Positions 29,901 to 31,052 of a stretch of 31,052 bases of DNA are shown one piece after another. The stretch's first letter is position 1, and the number at the start of each line of letters is the position of its first letter. The DNA lies in assembly GCA_002269645.1 (NCBI GenBank), contig NIVC01002134.1, forward strand, positions 1 to 31,052, in the 5' to 3' direction. The position numbers and the translations under genes were made by a program. The notes below the pieces were generated by a model, which ran no database searches, was not told where the DNA came from, and was given only the letters and a program-made list of their open reading frames with translations. This DNA comes from Macrostomum lignano. Lineage: Eukaryota.

Positions 29901-30984
29901 AAGCCGGGAGCTATAACATTTTGTTGTTCGATTAGATGTCAAATTTGATTTTGCCTAGCTTTTACTAGATAATTGCTTTACGAGATCATAAACGTACCAA
30001 AAAGATGTCTGCCTAATATTTTATGAGTATACACTCGTCAAACAGCAAATGCTAATGAATCTGCTTGCTAATGAGTCATCGATTAGGCACGAGAACTGTT
30101 CAATGTAATTTCTCTTCCGGATTTGTTAAAAAAATCCAGCAACAAACTCACTAGCAATAGCGGGAGCGCGAAGTCCAGTCGCATAGATCCTATTTCTCCA
30201 GCTGGAACCGCAGAACTTGGACCAGTCGCCGCTGCAGCGCATCTTGCACTCTCTGGCAGCCCTCACGCCGTACCGGCCATATCTGTTGCCGCACCAGCAC
30301 TGGTTGGAGTACTGAACGCCGAAATACGGGTACTTCTTTGCTCGACAGAGTTTGTAGCATTTAGCAACGCTCATGGATCCTCGGCCAGCAAGCACTGGCA
30401 GGTCGCGACTAGCTCGGTCGATGTAGCAACCGATGTATTTTAAACCTGGGGCTGTTAGGATTTAAAGTAAAAGATGATTAGCAAAATGCGTTCCAAGAAT
30501 TTTATCTATCCACAAAAAAGAGTAGCCTGAAAAATCAGTTTATTAATATTACTTTTAATAGCTCTATAAGGAATTCCAGTGGTGTAGACTGTGTTTCTCC
30601 AGCTAGAGCCGCAGAACGCGGACTTGTCGCCGGAGCACCTCATTCTGCATTCGCGAGCCGGCCTGGATCCGTATCGACCGTAGCGATTGCCGCACCAGCA
30701 CTGCTTGGAGAACTGTACGCCAAAATAAGAATACTTCTTCGCCCTGCACAGTTTGTAGCATTTGTAGACACTCATTGAGCCAGATCCAGCCAGAACAGGT
30801 AGATCTCTAGATTTCGCATCGACAAAAGCAGCCAACTTTTCTCAATCCGGGAGCTAAGAGAGATTAACCGAAGCGCTTTTAAGTAAATCATGTTTTACAA
30901 AAATTGTATTTCAAAACACTGATAATAGAATGCTCTTACTCTTTCGGACACAGATCGAGCGGTTAATGTTGCGACAACGGCAAC
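17971..30984 (-). CDS. Giant modular lectin-like protein, 5'-partial: 19 WSC domains, one F-type lectin domain and one hemicentin-type VWA domain
   Basis: Exons: 30984-30940 (Cys mini-exon); WSC 30853-30553, 30451-30152, 29910-29614, 29528-29229, 29138-28839, 28751-28455; F-lectin 28371-27961; WSC 27742-27440, 26964-26668, 26562-26260, 26152-25856, 25763-25467, 25365-25069, 24902-24600, 22429-22133, 22040-21744, 21649-21353, 21252-20950, 20865-20569; VWA 19594-19035; 18941-~18760; 18587-18537; terminal WSC 18242-17971. Each WSC exon has YLGCF.D..RDL...C...C...YFG.Q....C.CG..Y....C...C.GD....CGG.WRN..Y. The junction near 18760 is unresolved. Confidence 0.9.
19035..19594 (-). other. Exon encoding a hemicentin/VWA7-type von Willebrand A domain
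   Basis: SLVFVIDTTGSM (DxTxS MIDAS variant), GGGDCPEFAMSG and ILFTDASAKD. Confidence 0.9.
19859..20434. mobile_element. hAT-like MITE with an internal minisatellite, in a WSC-gene intron
   Basis: Imperfect TIRs: CAATGGCGTCGCCA versus the reverse-complement end CAGGGGCATCGCCA (11/14). Flanks ATTGAATC / CATGAATC are a degenerate 8-bp TSD (6/8). Confidence 0.6.
19996..20300. repeat. 21-bp minisatellite TTTTAGCGCCGCAGGCACTCA, about 14 copies
   Basis: Directly visible. Confidence 0.95.
22581..24590 (+). mobile_element. Decayed, internally deleted Ty3/Gypsy LTR retrotransposon (Mag-like)
   Basis: Diverged LTRs 22581-22718 and 24434-24590 (both TGCGAGGG...AAAGCTAACA with AATAAA). PBS TGGCGACGAGG at 22720-22730, complementary to the tRNA-Ser(GCU) 3' end. 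PPT-like AAGAGGAG before the 3' LTR. TSD ACAAC/ATAAC. Fragmented gag (LRDQF, CGYCRKVGHLKAVC), protease (FNTGA) and RT N-terminus (EWSTPFV..RGDYKVTVN). Confidence 0.88.
27961..28371 (-). other. Exon encoding an F-type (fucolectin/FTP) lectin domain
   Basis: RAIDGN..SCTHT..WW..IHNRQDCCAKRL..GRVVRI..LTLCEVQV, with an exact HX26RXDX4R fucose-binding motif. Confidence 0.9.
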
Positions 30985-31052
30985 CTAAAAGTGTCAGAAT
31001 TTATCAATATGAAAATTTTTTTATTAGCTGGTAATTTGGTAATTTCAAAAAA

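Noticed and set aside
20552-30443. Numerous plus-strand Ala/Val-rich ORFs over the WSC region
   Set aside because: Antisense shadows of WSC exons.

Overview
Eukaryotic (animal) genomic DNA; almost all genes lie on the minus strand. (1) About 1-8500, possibly extending to 11876, is the right-hand part of an endogenous Polinton/Maverick (adintovirus-like) element. It carries a frameshifted DDE integrase, two conserved virion-module ORFs, penton/minor capsid, A32/FtsK packaging ATPase, parvovirus-type PLA2X, dUTPase, an internally deleted protein-primed PolB, a divergent TATA-binding-protein (TBP)-like gene, and two spliced orphan genes with canonical TATA boxes. The main lead is a possible self-encoded promoter system: the element encodes a TBP with altered base-contact residues, and its virion-module ORFs are preceded by a recurring non-canonical TATAAGC motif (5 exact sense-strand copies). 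(2) About 12.0-14.2 kb is a 35-bp satellite split by an 837-bp TG..CA insertion. (3) About 15.0-17.3 kb is a 5-exon divergent septin with two tRNA-derived SINE-like inserts. (4) About 18.0 kb to the window end is the 3' part of a giant modular gene: 19 WSC-domain exons, one F-type lectin exon and one hemicentin-type VWA exon. Its introns hold a hAT-like MITE and a decayed Mag-type Ty3/Gypsy element. Several frameshifts sit in homopolymer runs, including one in the host gene, so some may be assembly errors. The host is not identifiable with certainty; a flatworm such as Macrostomum is only an inference. All family assignments are by eye from motif recognition; no searches were run.
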